Assembly (NCBI GenBank): GCA_019429125.1
Contig: JAHYJO010000004.1
Location: forward strand, 156-64,155
Reading direction: 5' to 3'
DNA length: 64,000 nt
From: Nanobdellati archaeon
GTDB lineage: Archaea > EX4484-52 > GLR71
Part shown: positions 10,877-20,159 of the stretch, piece by piece
How the letters are laid out: every line of letters begins with the position of its first letter
Position numbering within the stretch: position 1 is the first letter of the stretch
Position numbers and translations under genes: made by a program
The notes under the pieces: generated by a model
Seen by the model: the letters and a program-made list of their open reading frames with translations, nothing else
What the model was told of the DNA's origin: nothing
Database searches by the model: none

Positions 10877-11116
10877 ATGGCTAAAGATGATATTCGTGAA
10901 ATGATGGATGAGATTGATCTACTTATAGAATCAACACTTAAAGAGGCAGGTAAACCAATTTCAACATATCTGCTCGCAAAAAATACTGAACTTTCTTGGA
11001 GTACAATAAATGCACATTGTTACAAATTGAAAAGTATGGGGATTATAAATGGTAAGATGGAAACTGCAAAGATTGGTCAGAGAAAAAAATTGTTATGGTG
11101 GCTTCAGGGAAAATAA
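10877..11116 (+). CDS. Small winged-helix transcriptional regulator
   Basis: 79 aa with an HTH-like segment STYLLAKNTELSWSTINAHCYKLKSMGII. Confidence 0.4.
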   Translation: MAKDDIREMMDEIDLLIESTLKEAGKPISTYLLAKNTELSWSTINAHCYKLKSMGIINGKMETAKIGQRKKLLWWLQGK

Positions 11117-11740
11117 AGTATGCTTAGAGTTTTTTATCTTATAAGTTTTTAAAAGTTGACCTGTAAATTATTTAAGTTGTACTAGATTGGTGCTATTTGC
11201 TTTGCTTAATGACGTTTTTTTTTGTTGCGATTTTTTAAGTTTTAATTACTTTTTTTGTATTTGTTTTAGGGTCTGGTATCTTTTTAAATATATTTGGTTT
11301 CTTTTGGTTTATTAAAATTGTTAGGTCTCTATTATAGAGTATATAAATGTATCTATTTTAAAAACCGTAAACTATATATACTTTGTGGAGTAATTAAATA
11401 TACCAGATTTAGATTTAAACCACCAAATGTCCAAAAGACCACAATGATTCCTGCGTGAGGAGAGGAGTTTTTGGATTTATTTTGTGTGGGATAATTTGCG
11501 TCTGAATATTTTGGGTGAATATTATGATTGATGTTAAGAATAAAATTGTAGTTTTGTCTGCACTAACTGTTTTTGTTTATGGGCTTGTGTTTATTTCAAT
11601 GCTTGTGGCTTAGATTTTGACGTTTGGATTAACTATCGGTGTGGGACTTTTAGAAATTTTTAGTTTGTATTTTGTAACTACCTAATTTTTGTATTTTTTT
11701 TAATTCTGTTTTTAATATTTGATAATATATTTGCATTATT

Positions 11741-11790
11741 TATATTTAATTATTTATATTTAATTATTTATATTTAATTATTTAAAGTAT
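11741..11790. repeat. Tandem repeat (TTATTTATATTTAA, about 3.5 copies) in a 720 bp intergenic region
   Basis: 'atttatatttaattatttatatttaattatttatatttaattatttaa' is seen directly in the sequence. Confidence 0.7.
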
Positions 11791-11854
11791 ATTTATTAAG
11801 TTTTAATGCTGTCTTATATATAATCTTAGTTTTTAAGTTGTGTGTGTTTGTATG

Positions 11855-13750
11855 TTTGAAATAAAATCAAGAGATGCCTGTGCAAGAATTTGTGAGTGGA
11901 AAATCGGGAAGTATAAGGTCAAGACACCTAATATTGCGATTGTTGTCAATCCTGATAAGCAGATAGTTACCCCTCGGGAATTGAAAGAAATTTTTGGTGC
12001 AGAAATAATAATTACTAACGCGTATATTATCAGAAATTCCAAAAAAGCGCAAGAGATTGAGAAAGATGGTATGCACAAAGTTTATGACTGGGATGGTCCA
12101 ATATATACAGACAGCGGAACTTTTCAGATGTATTCTCACGGTTCTGTAAAGATTAGTCCTGAAGAGACAATTGCTTACCAGAAAAAGATAGGTTCTAACA
12201 TAATAACGCCTCTTGATTTGTTCACGTTACCTAAAGATAATCAGGAAATTGCGGAGAAAAAATTGGCAGACACTCTCGAGAGAATTGATGAAGCAAGAGT
12301 GTCTGTAACTTCTCAAGATCTTGTCGGGCCAATTCAGGGTGGTAGGTTTATGGAACTTAGGGCTCGAGCAGCAGAAAAAGTGGGTAAAAGTGGTGTGGAT
12401 GTTTTTGCTATAGGTGGCATTGTTCCACTTATGGAAAAATATAATTTTTCAAAGCTTATTGAGACAGTCATGACTGTAAAGATGAATATGCCTCTCAATA
12501 AACCAGTCCATGCATTCGGTTGCGGACATCCAATGCTATTTTCGTTGCTTACTCTTTTAGGTGTTGATCTTTTTGATTCTGCAGCATATGCACTTTATGC
12601 AGAAGACCGAAGGTATATGACTGTCAATGGTACATTAAAAGTGGATGATATAAGTGAACTTCCATGTAATTGCCCTGCTTGTTCTTGCAAAAAACCATTG
12701 GATATGAAGATGCGAGATATTGCAATGCATAATCTTTATGTTACGTTTCAAGAAATTAAGACTATAAGGCAAGCAATAGTTGATGGTACTCTTTTTGAAC
12801 TTGTAGAGATGCGAGTTCGTGCACATCCTGCACTTTTTGATGCATATCTTAGGTTAATTAAAAATGAAGAGTATGTTGAATTTATGGAAAAGTTTGATCC
12901 TATGACTAAGGAGCGAGCATTTTTTTATACAGGCAGTGTGTCGTTAGGTAGGTCTGCGGTGTTTAGGGCGGAAAAAAGATTGCGTGAAAGGTATGTTCCA
13001 CCAAAAGGGCGTAATGGGTATATTGTGCGTTCTTTTGAACGGTTTGCAAAGTCTACAAAGTCTTCTCATTTCATTATGATGGATAATATATATGGTGCGA
13101 TACCTTCTGAATTACTTAATATGTATCCGTTCGGGCAGACAATTGTACCTTCAAGTGTTTCAAAAGATCTTTTGTGTGATTCTGAAAAAGCAATAAACAG
13201 TTACATATCATCATACAAGTCTTATTATCCTAAATTTCATATATTGTCTAAATATGCAGATACAAAAGAGATTATTGATTTTGATAAAATGTCTGCTGAC
13301 CATGTTTTAGAGGTGCGTTCAATTCTTATATACCAGTATGGTAAGGGCGCAGAAAAAATACTTACAGGAGATATCAAGCTTGAGATATCAAGGAAGACAG
13401 GGCGTTTACGTCGTATATATGTGGGTTCTGATATTTTAGGTACTGTTCGGGCCGAAGATGGTTTTTTTATACCTGCTCAACTTGGTGCTGAAAGGTTGAT
13501 GAAAGTGATTCCTAAATCTGCATATAAGGTTGTGGTGGCGGATGAGGCTGTACCTTTTGTCCGTGAAGGAAAAAGTGTGTTTTCTAAGTTTGTAATTGGT
13601 GCTGATTCAGAGATACGGCCGTATGATGAAGTATTGATTGTTGATGCTTGCGGTAATCTTATTGGTACTGGAAAATGTATACTGAATTCTGATGAGATGA
13701 TGGATTTTAAAGAAGGTGTGGCTGTAAAGACACGTCTTGGTTTTTCTTGA
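11855..13750 (+). CDS. tgtA: Archaeosine tRNA-guanine transglycosylase (arcTGT) with C-terminal PUA domain
   Basis: About 630 aa. TGT fold, a zinc site CNCPACSC...H, and a C-terminal PUA-like segment (VVVADEAVPFVREGKSVFSKFV). Confidence 0.85.
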   Translation, partial: FEIKSRDACARICEWKIGKYKVKTPNIAIVVNPDKQIVTPRELKEIFGAEIIITNAYIIRNSKKAQEIEKDGMHKVYDWDGPIYTDSGTFQMYSHGSVKISPEETIAYQKKIGSNIITPLDLFTLPKDNQEIAEKKLADTLERIDEARVSVTSQDLVGPIQGGRFMELRARAAEKVGKSGVDVFAIGGIVPLMEKYNFSKLIETVMTVKMNMPLNKPVHAFGCGHPMLFSLLTLLGVDLFDSAAYALYAEDRRYMTVNGTLKVDDISELPCNCPACSCKKPLDMKMRDIAMHNLYVTFQEIKTIRQAIVDGTLFELVEMRVRAHPALFDAYLRLIKNEEYVEFMEKFDPMTKERAFFYTGSVSLGRSAVFRAEKRLRERYVPPKGRNGYIVRSFERFAKSTKSSHFIMMDNIYGAIPSELLNMYPFGQTIVPSSVSKDLLCDSEKAINSYISSYKSYYPKFHILSKYADTKEIIDFDKMSADHVLEVRSILIYQYGKGAEKILTGDIKLEISRKTGRLRRIYVGSDILGTVRAEDGFFIPAQLGAERLMKVIPKSAYKVVVADEAVPFVREGKSVFSKFVIGADSEIRPYDEVLIVDACGNLIGTGKCILNSDEMMDFKEGVAVKTRLGFS

Positions 13751-13837
13751 TTTTTTGTTTTTAAGTACCACAAATGATATATACTATGAAATGTAATTAT
13801 ATATACCTAAGGTATGTATATTTCAGGAGGTTTTTAT

Positions 13838-14212
13838 ATGGTCAAGAAAAAAACTATTGCAGATTTTAAGCATGCAGAAAAAGTTGGCACTTTTTCATTT
13901 TTTGTTGGTATTGCTCTTGCAGTAATTGCAGGGCTTCCGGGTGAAGTGCCGACCGCTACAGCAGTTATGGCACCATTAATATTGACTGTTTTTGGTCTTA
14001 TTGTGGGTTTTTTGAATATAAATGATGATGAAGTCAAACCATTTCTCATTGCAACAATAGCTTTGCTTGTTGTTATGCGTGGGGGTATTGAAGAATTGCC
14101 AATAATTGGTTTATATCTTGTTAATATTGTGCGTTATATATCATTATTTGTTTCATCTGCTGCATTGGTTGTTGCATTGAAATTAATTCATGATATAGCA
14201 AAGAAGAGGTAA
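13838..14212 (+). CDS. Small integral membrane protein (hypothetical)
   Basis: 3-4 hydrophobic helices. GGAGG lies 8 nt upstream of the ATG. Confidence 0.4.
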   Translation: MVKKKTIADFKHAEKVGTFSFFVGIALAVIAGLPGEVPTATAVMAPLILTVFGLIVGFLNINDDEVKPFLIATIALLVVMRGGIEELPIIGLYLVNIVRYISLFVSSAALVVALKLIHDIAKKR

Positions 14213-14250
14213 TTTGTACCTTTTTTTCTTTTCTTTTTTAATCTATTTTT

Positions 14251-14610
14251 TTATTCTGTAATTTTGTCTCCAAGGATTTCTATAGTGTTTTTATATATTT
14301 CAAGTCTGCCTTTGATACATATATTATTGTTTAATTTTATGTTTTGTTTTGTGTCAAAAAATATGCTATTTATTTGTACATTTTCTGATTCAAGTGTTAT
14401 AATAGTGTTCTGACCTATTGTTTTTATGTTTTTTACGGTGCCACATATAAATACATATTTGCCTTGAAAACTTTCATCAATATATTTTATTTGTGTAATC
14501 TCTGGTGTGAAGGTGTTTGTGGCATATACTAGTAATATTAAGCCTAATAATGTAATTGTGAAACTTAAATATATTATGTCACGTGAACTTATTGTCCTGT
14601 TTTGTTTCAT
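14251..14610 (-). CDS. Membrane-anchored OB-fold-like protein (hypothetical)
   Basis: N-terminal TM helix followed by a beta-rich domain. Confidence 0.35.
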   Translation of the reverse strand: MKQNRTISSRDIIYLSFTITLLGLILLVYATNTFTPEITQIKYIDESFQGKYVFICGTVKNIKTIGQNTIITLESENVQINSIFFDTKQNIKLNNNICIKGRLEIYKNTIEILGDKITE

Positions 14611-15372
14611 AGATTCTTATTGTTGTTGTCTGTATATATTTCTTTTTGACCACTAGGGGTTGTTATTTTGGGTGCATTAACTCTCTTTTAGGTATTCTTT
14701 GTAAGTTATATTTTATAGGTTCAATGCAATAACTTTATGTTCACGTTGTATGGTTAGTATATTGTGTTTATTTTTGATATTATATATTTTATTTTATTAT
14801 GTTCATGTAATTAGTGGTATATGTTGTGTCATTGTATTTATCTTTATGTTTGTCTATTTTTTTAAGTTTTAATGTCTATTTTGATGCTGTTTATGTTAGT
14901 TGTGTGTGTTTGTGTGAGTTGTATTTTTTTAGTGAACTTTGTGTGTGATTATATAGATAATAGTTATGTTTTTGCAGGAGTATATAAATTTCACGTGAAG
15001 ATATTTATGGTTAAGGGTGTTATTTGTTGTTTTGTATTAGTTCAAGTGTATATATTTAATGAGTGTGATGTTGTTTTTTTGTGTTGTCTTTTTTGATGAA
15101 GGTTGGTCTTAAGCAGTTGTTTTATGTTTGTTGTATTTTTATGTTTAACAAAAACTTTAGGGTGCGTTCAAGGTGGTATTTGTTTCACGTTTATTATTTG
15201 TTTTTTGTTCACGTTAAATCTCGACAGTTACGTGTATATCTGTTTTTAGTTGTGTGGTCTATTTTTTTATTTATGTGTGGTTCTGCAAAATCACATAATG
15301 ACAGTTATATTTATATTCTTTTTGTGTGAATTAGTAAATAGGTTTGGTTCACATTAACTGAGGGATATTCAC
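14611..15372. promoter_or_regulatory. 760 bp strongly GT-skewed intergenic region with four TTCACGT motifs. Candidate replication origin or regulatory region upstream of an ORC-like ATPase.
   Basis: The + strand is almost devoid of C across about 750 bp. The TTCACGT repeats lie at 14739-14746, 14990-14997, 15183-15190 and 15207-15214, together with TATA-like tatataaa. Confidence 0.3.
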
Positions 15373-16434
15373 ATGAACAAAGATATGCATAATGATTCTT
15401 GGTTCTCGCAATTTGATTGGTCTGGTAATCCATTCACGTTAGAGATACAGCCATCTCTTTTTGTTGGGTATTCAGTAGAAGTTAAAGAGATTGTCAGAGC
15501 TTTGGATGAAGGACAAAAATTTATACTTATAACTGGGTCAACCGGTGCTGGAAAAACTACATTTCTTAAATGGTTATGTGAAAAATATGATGTCATATAT
15601 CTTCCTAAACCACCACTCGATGAAAAAGAGCTTGTAGAAATATTTAAGTCTACATATATTAAGCCTACTCTTTTTCAGAGAATATTTCATATAAATGGTG
15701 TCAATTTATATAATCTGGCTGAAGTTTTTAATAAACGGAACAAGAATAAAAAAGTCATACTTCTAGTTGATGAAGCACATGAGACAAAAGTTCACGTGCT
15801 TGAGTGGTTACGGTCTATATCTGATCAGATCTATGGTATGTCATTAGTTCTTGCAGGGCTTCCAAAACTTAAAGGGGATTATCTTGAAACTCTTGAGACG
15901 CTTGCACAGAGAGTGTCTTCTGAAGTTGAACTTAAAGCACTTTCAAAAGAGGATTCTATTACTCTTGTAAAGAAAAGGATTGCTTTTATGGGTGGAAAAG
16001 GGCTTGAACCCTTTACGATGGATGCACTTCTTGAAATATATAAAGTGACTGGGGGTTTTCCTCGTGAAGTTATAAAATTATGTAATTCACTTATCCATAC
16101 GGCAATGGAAAAAAATTCAGTAATAATTGACAGTTCTTATTTTGATGATGTACCTGAAATCAATGTTGTTGATGCGATAAATATGCATCTGGAAAATATG
16201 ACTGACAAGCAAAAAGCCATAATTGATGTACTTTCTGAAAAAGCGTCTACACCGGCACAGATAATAAACATGATTGATATAACAGATTATCAATCACATG
16301 GGCATGCTTTGCGTTCTGTTAATAATATCCTTAAGAGATTGTCAGTTATGGGATTTGTAATCCGTGAAAAATCCGGCAAGGCATTTATTTATAAAATATC
16401 ACCTAAACTTAAGAGTGTTATAGTTAATGCGTAA
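15373..16434 (+). CDS. AAA+ ATPase of the ORC/ExeA (AAA_22) type with C-terminal winged helix. Possible Orc1/Cdc6-like initiator.
   Basis: Walker A ITGSTGAGKTT, Walker B LLVDEAHE, sensor-2-like GGFPREVIKLCNSLI and a C-terminal wH domain. Confidence 0.5.
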   Translation: MNKDMHNDSWFSQFDWSGNPFTLEIQPSLFVGYSVEVKEIVRALDEGQKFILITGSTGAGKTTFLKWLCEKYDVIYLPKPPLDEKELVEIFKSTYIKPTLFQRIFHINGVNLYNLAEVFNKRNKNKKVILLVDEAHETKVHVLEWLRSISDQIYGMSLVLAGLPKLKGDYLETLETLAQRVSSEVELKALSKEDSITLVKKRIAFMGGKGLEPFTMDALLEIYKVTGGFPREVIKLCNSLIHTAMEKNSVIIDSSYFDDVPEINVVDAINMHLENMTDKQKAIIDVLSEKASTPAQIINMIDITDYQSHGHALRSVNNILKRLSVMGFVIREKSGKAFIYKISPKLKSVIVNA

Positions 16435-16483
16435 TTTTTTGTAGTTTGTTACGTTAATTTCTTTAATTGTTACATATTTTCAA

Positions 16484-16491
16484 TTAATTTT
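16484..16491 (+). promoter_or_regulatory. TATA box (TTTATAAA) about 40 nt upstream of the PRC-barrel gene ATG
   Basis: Archaeal TATA consensus is seen in the sequence, flanked by an AAATCTT/AAGATTT inverted repeat. Confidence 0.3.
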
Positions 16492-16532
16492 ATAAATCTT
16501 TGACGCTAAGATTTATTATACATGGTGGTATT

Positions 16533-16793
16533 ATGGATACAAATGTTAGAGTTAAAGATATTACAGGAAAGACTATAGTTAGTGAACAGACAGGACGGAA
16601 ATTTGGAGAAGTTGCTGATATGACTTTTATTTCTGATACTGGAGAGCTTATGAATATGCTTCTTTCAAACCCTACAAAACATACAGCTGAACTTCAGCTT
16701 CAGGAAGATGAACAGGGAAGGTATCTTATACCGTTTTCGGCAGTCAAGTCTGTTGGCGATTTTATAATCGTAACAGAAAAAGAGATTTTCTAA
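16533..16793 (+). CDS. PRC-barrel domain protein
   Basis: About 87 aa. The G-rich beta barrel pattern VKDITGKTIVSEQTGRKFGEVADMTF...IPFSAVKSVGDFIIV matches the PRC-barrel family. Confidence 0.5.
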   Translation: MDTNVRVKDITGKTIVSEQTGRKFGEVADMTFISDTGELMNMLLSNPTKHTAELQLQEDEQGRYLIPFSAVKSVGDFIIVTEKEIF

Positions 16794-16827
16794 TAAAATC
16801 TCTTCTTTTATTTTTTCTGTTTTAGTT

Positions 16828-17772
16828 TTATTGATCTTTTATACCTTCATTAGTTACTGAGAATACTACTTCGCCTTCAGGCAGATAAGGACTGTCTACA
16901 AGTTTTGCAACTCTTAGGTTCTGTTTACTTTTTCTTAAGTAAATTCTAAATGTTGATGCGTGACCCACAATGTGACCACCGATGGCTGCTGTAGGGTCTC
17001 CGAAAAGTACATTTGGTCTGGACATAACTTGGTTTGTTACATATATTGCAGCATTGTATGTGTCTCCTAATTTTTGCAGTTCATGCATGTGTCTGTTTAA
17101 TTTTTGTTGTCTGTCAGATAAAGTTCCACGTCCGACATAATCAGATCTGAAATGTGCCATAAGAGAATCAACAATGATTAATTTTATGTTTTTTTCTTTC
17201 ATTATATCTTTTGCTTTTTCTGCGAGAATCATTTGATGGTCTGAATTGTATGCTCGTGCAATATATATGTTTTCAAGTACTTTTTTGGAGTCCATACCAA
17301 GTGCTTCTGCCATCTGCTGTATCCTTTCAGGTCTGAATGTATTTTCTGTGTCTAGATATAATGCTGATCCTCCTATACCTCCTTCTTCTTTTGGTATCTG
17401 TACATTGACTGCGAGTTGATGTGCTATTTGAGTCTTTGAGGATCCAAAAGCACCATAACATTCTGTTATAGCCTGGGTTTCAAGACCACCATTTAATAGC
17501 TCATCCAATGCTTTTGATCCTGTTGGTATCTTGTCTATTAATTTTCGTCTTTCAAGGGCTTTAAGACCATTTTCAAAACCCATGTCTAGTGCGTCTCTGG
17601 CCGCATTTATTATCTTTACTGCACTTCCTTCACCAATCTCTGCGACTGCAGCTATTATTCCACTGCTTGCTGTTGCAAGTGACATTAGGTCTCCATATCC
17701 TGCATCTTCTAGCTTTTCAATTGTTTTGGGCCCTACACCTGGCAAGTCTTTAAGTTCTGTCATATTTATCAA
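16828..17772 (-). CDS. radA: RadA recombinase
   Basis: 314 aa. N-terminal HhH ([17 protein letters not shown]), Walker [10 protein letters not shown] and RecA-fold L1/L2 regions. The start overlaps the upstream rpa stop (ATGA). Confidence 0.9.
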   Translation of the reverse strand: MINMTELKDLPGVGPKTIEKLEDAGYGDLMSLATASSGIIAAVAEIGEGSAVKIINAARDALDMGFENGLKALERRKLIDKIPTGSKALDELLNGGLETQAITECYGAFGSSKTQIAHQLAVNVQIPKEEGGIGGSALYLDTENTFRPERIQQMAEALGMDSKKVLENIYIARAYNSDHQMILAEKAKDIMKEKNIKLIIVDSLMAHFRSDYVGRGTLSDRQQKLNRHMHELQKLGDTYNAAIYVTNQVMSRPNVLFGDPTAAIGGHIVGHASTFRIYLRKSKQNLRVAKLVDSPYLPEGEVVFSVTNEGIKDQ

Positions 17773-18773
17773 ACCTCTAATTCTTTAATATTATTTTTGA
17801 TTTCTGTTCCTATATTAAGTTCATTGACCACCGTTATGTGTAACTCTTCGGAGCCTGTCAATCTGTTCTTTTTTATAGTTCCTTCTATCTCAAAATCTTT
17901 CCCAAAAATCTGTTTATCTGAAAGATATTTTCTGGTCTGTGTGTTCTTTGTATCTATATCTATCTCTTGTGCCTTTTTTTGTAATAATGATTCTACGGCA
18001 TCATTGAAAAAGACTGCATTGATTCTTCCCTGTCCATCATCAATAGTACCTGAGATTATAAGAAATTTATTTGGAATTACTTTTCCATGTATTTGGCAGT
18101 TATCGTTATCATCTGTTTTTTTTCTGCATTCGGGACAGAGGTTGTGTACTATTTTTTTTTCATATATACTTGCAAGACAACCTTTAATTTTTACCCTGTC
18201 ATATTCTTTTATAGATTTTAAAGAGTGGACAATATTTGTTTTATTAGTTTTAGGTTTTTGTTGTGTGAGTTCTTGCGTTTCAATCATTTCATCTGACTTT
18301 TCAATCTCACTACGCGAAGTCAATACTAACTCAATTTTTCCTAAATATCCATTTTTTGAATAGCCGTTTTTGATTTCTATTACATCTTCTGCTTTTAGGT
18401 CTTTCAGTTTTTCTACATCTTCATTCCATATTGATATGGTTATTGTGCCTGTTGTGTCTCCTAGTGTTAGGTTTAGGACTTTTCCGTCTGTGTCTCCTTT
18501 CTTGAAGGTTCGTATGGGGGAGATGAATATGATTTTTGCAATAAGATTAATTTGGCGCATATTAGGTACTATGTTATTTATTTTTAGACTTTCTACCTTA
18601 GGTTTTGCGAGATCAAGACCTGCCTCTTTACCGATTATATATATTGCGCCATCTTCAGAGACTAGACCTTCAAATTCTTTTTCTTTGGCTTCTATCTGTT
18701 TGAGAATATCTTTTTTTGTCAGACCTGTCTTTTTGATTATCTCTTCAATTTTGGCTGTTTTTTTGTTATCCAT
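17769..18773 (-). CDS. rpa: RPA-like single-stranded DNA-binding protein (OB folds plus zinc ribbon)
   Basis: OB-fold signature [18 protein letters not shown]...[22 protein letters not shown] and a Cys4 ribbon CPECRKK...CQIHGK. Confidence 0.55.
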   Translation of the reverse strand: MDNKKTAKIEEIIKKTGLTKKDILKQIEAKEKEFEGLVSEDGAIYIIGKEAGLDLAKPKVESLKINNIVPNMRQINLIAKIIFISPIRTFKKGDTDGKVLNLTLGDTTGTITISIWNEDVEKLKDLKAEDVIEIKNGYSKNGYLGKIELVLTSRSEIEKSDEMIETQELTQQKPKTNKTNIVHSLKSIKEYDRVKIKGCLASIYEKKIVHNLCPECRKKTDDNDNCQIHGKVIPNKFLIISGTIDDGQGRINAVFFNDAVESLLQKKAQEIDIDTKNTQTRKYLSDKQIFGKDFEIEGTIKKNRLTGSEELHITVVNELNIGTEIKNNIKELEV

Positions 18774-18854
18774 AAAGAATTAACGTAGATGTATATTTAA
18801 AAACCTTGATGTCAGTGGTGTGCCGGTAGTGCCGGTAGAAATAGTTGGTATTTT

Positions 18855-19583
18855 TTAGAATATCCCGAGCTTTTTCTTATAATCTACTAGGCCTTCGTTT
18901 TTGATTTCAAAGGCGGTCTTTTTTCCTTCAGGTAAGCATCTGTGCTTTATCATGGTCATCTTTCTTTTGCCCCATTCTATCTTTTCTAATAGGACTAGAC
19001 ATTTTGATGCATATTTTGGTATGTCGCCACCGACCAGCTCAAGGTTGCCTGTTTCAAAATCTGAGTATACCTGGTTTGTGGCAATGACTGGTATGTCTTT
19101 GTCTTTTGCGATTCTCATCAGGGTCGCCATCTGCGCACTCAACATCCTATTTGTTGACTGGATGTCACCATTTTGAAGTTCAAGGCGGTAAAGAGATACC
19201 AAAGAATCAATAATTATAAGGCCTATGTCGTGTTCTTTTACTTTTTCTTCAAGAGAAATTATTGCTTTGTCTTGATCCTTAAAATTTTTGGGTTCTATAA
19301 GGAACAGCATCTCAAGCTTTTCTTTGTTATTCATCTGGCAGAATCTTTCAACTGAGAAACCGCCTTCGGTATCTATGAATATTACTTTATTTCCATTGTT
19401 TATGCACGATTTTGCGGCCTCTAATGCAAATGATGTCTTTGCCGCGCCAGCCTCACCATAGATGTTTGTTATCACGCCAGGTTCAAGACCGCCACCGAAG
19501 AATTCGGTTAGGTTTTCGGAAGCAAATGCTAGTTTTGTGTGCGTTGTAAGTTTTTCTGGCGTATTGAGATATAGAGATGGCAT
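18855..19583 (-). CDS. radB: RadB (RadA paralog)
   Basis: Walker A GEAGAAKTSF. Short RecA-like protein lacking the N-terminal HhH domain. Confidence 0.8.
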   Translation of the reverse strand: MPSLYLNTPEKLTTHTKLAFASENLTEFFGGGLEPGVITNIYGEAGAAKTSFALEAAKSCINNGNKVIFIDTEGGFSVERFCQMNNKEKLEMLFLIEPKNFKDQDKAIISLEEKVKEHDIGLIIIDSLVSLYRLELQNGDIQSTNRMLSAQMATLMRIAKDKDIPVIATNQVYSDFETGNLELVGGDIPKYASKCLVLLEKIEWGKRKMTMIKHRCLPEGKKTAFEIKNEGLVDYKKKLGIF

Positions 19584-19788
19584 AATATAATTATTGTTAT
19601 GATAATCTTTTATTTCATTTGGATTGTTTTTAGTCAAAAGATTCCGTATGTTTGTCATGGTAATTTATTAGTCTAAGTTGGTATATTATAGTTGGTTAAC
19701 CACCTTAGAGGTGTATTTAGGTAAAGTAATCTAGCATTTAGTTCTCTTAAACAAAATGTTTATATTATTTTAGATTAATTAATTTGAT

Positions 19789-20121
19789 ATGACAATAAAA
19801 AAAGCTGTGCTTGTGTCATTTTCGGTTCGCAGTAAGATGTTTGATTCGGATTATGAACGGAATAAGTTTTATCGAGGACTTTATGGGTGGCGACAGAAAA
19901 TAAAGAAAAGTTATGGGGATTATGAATATTACCGGGGGGGGCTTTTGGATGAGGTGCCGTTTTTTAAAGTTGACAAGAGCCTTTTCATAATTGCATGCAA
20001 AGATATTAAACTTATTAAAGCTTATATGGATACATGGGTTCAAAAGGTAGAATATAATATTTTTGAAATTATATTAACACTCGAACAGATAAAGATATTA
20101 GAAGATAATGATGTAATTTGA
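19789..20121 (+). CDS. Hypothetical protein
   Basis: 110 aa ORF with no recognisable motif. Confidence 0.3.
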   Translation: MTIKKAVLVSFSVRSKMFDSDYERNKFYRGLYGWRQKIKKSYGDYEYYRGGLLDEVPFFKVDKSLFIIACKDIKLIKAYMDTWVQKVEYNIFEIILTLEQIKILEDNDVI

Positions 20122-20159
20122 TCAAGGATTTATAATGATTGTTAATGTGGTGGCTTGGT

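Noticed and set aside
14872-15329. ORFs 14872..15096 and 15081..15329 in the GT-rich spacer
   Set aside because: Their translations are Cys/Val/Phe low-complexity products of (TG)n-like DNA. There is no RBS or start context.
15373-16434. Firm Orc1/Cdc6 annotation
   Set aside because: The Walker B (DEAH) and sensor motif (GFPREVI) look more like the ExeA/AAA_22 family. It is kept as ORC-like with moderate confidence only.
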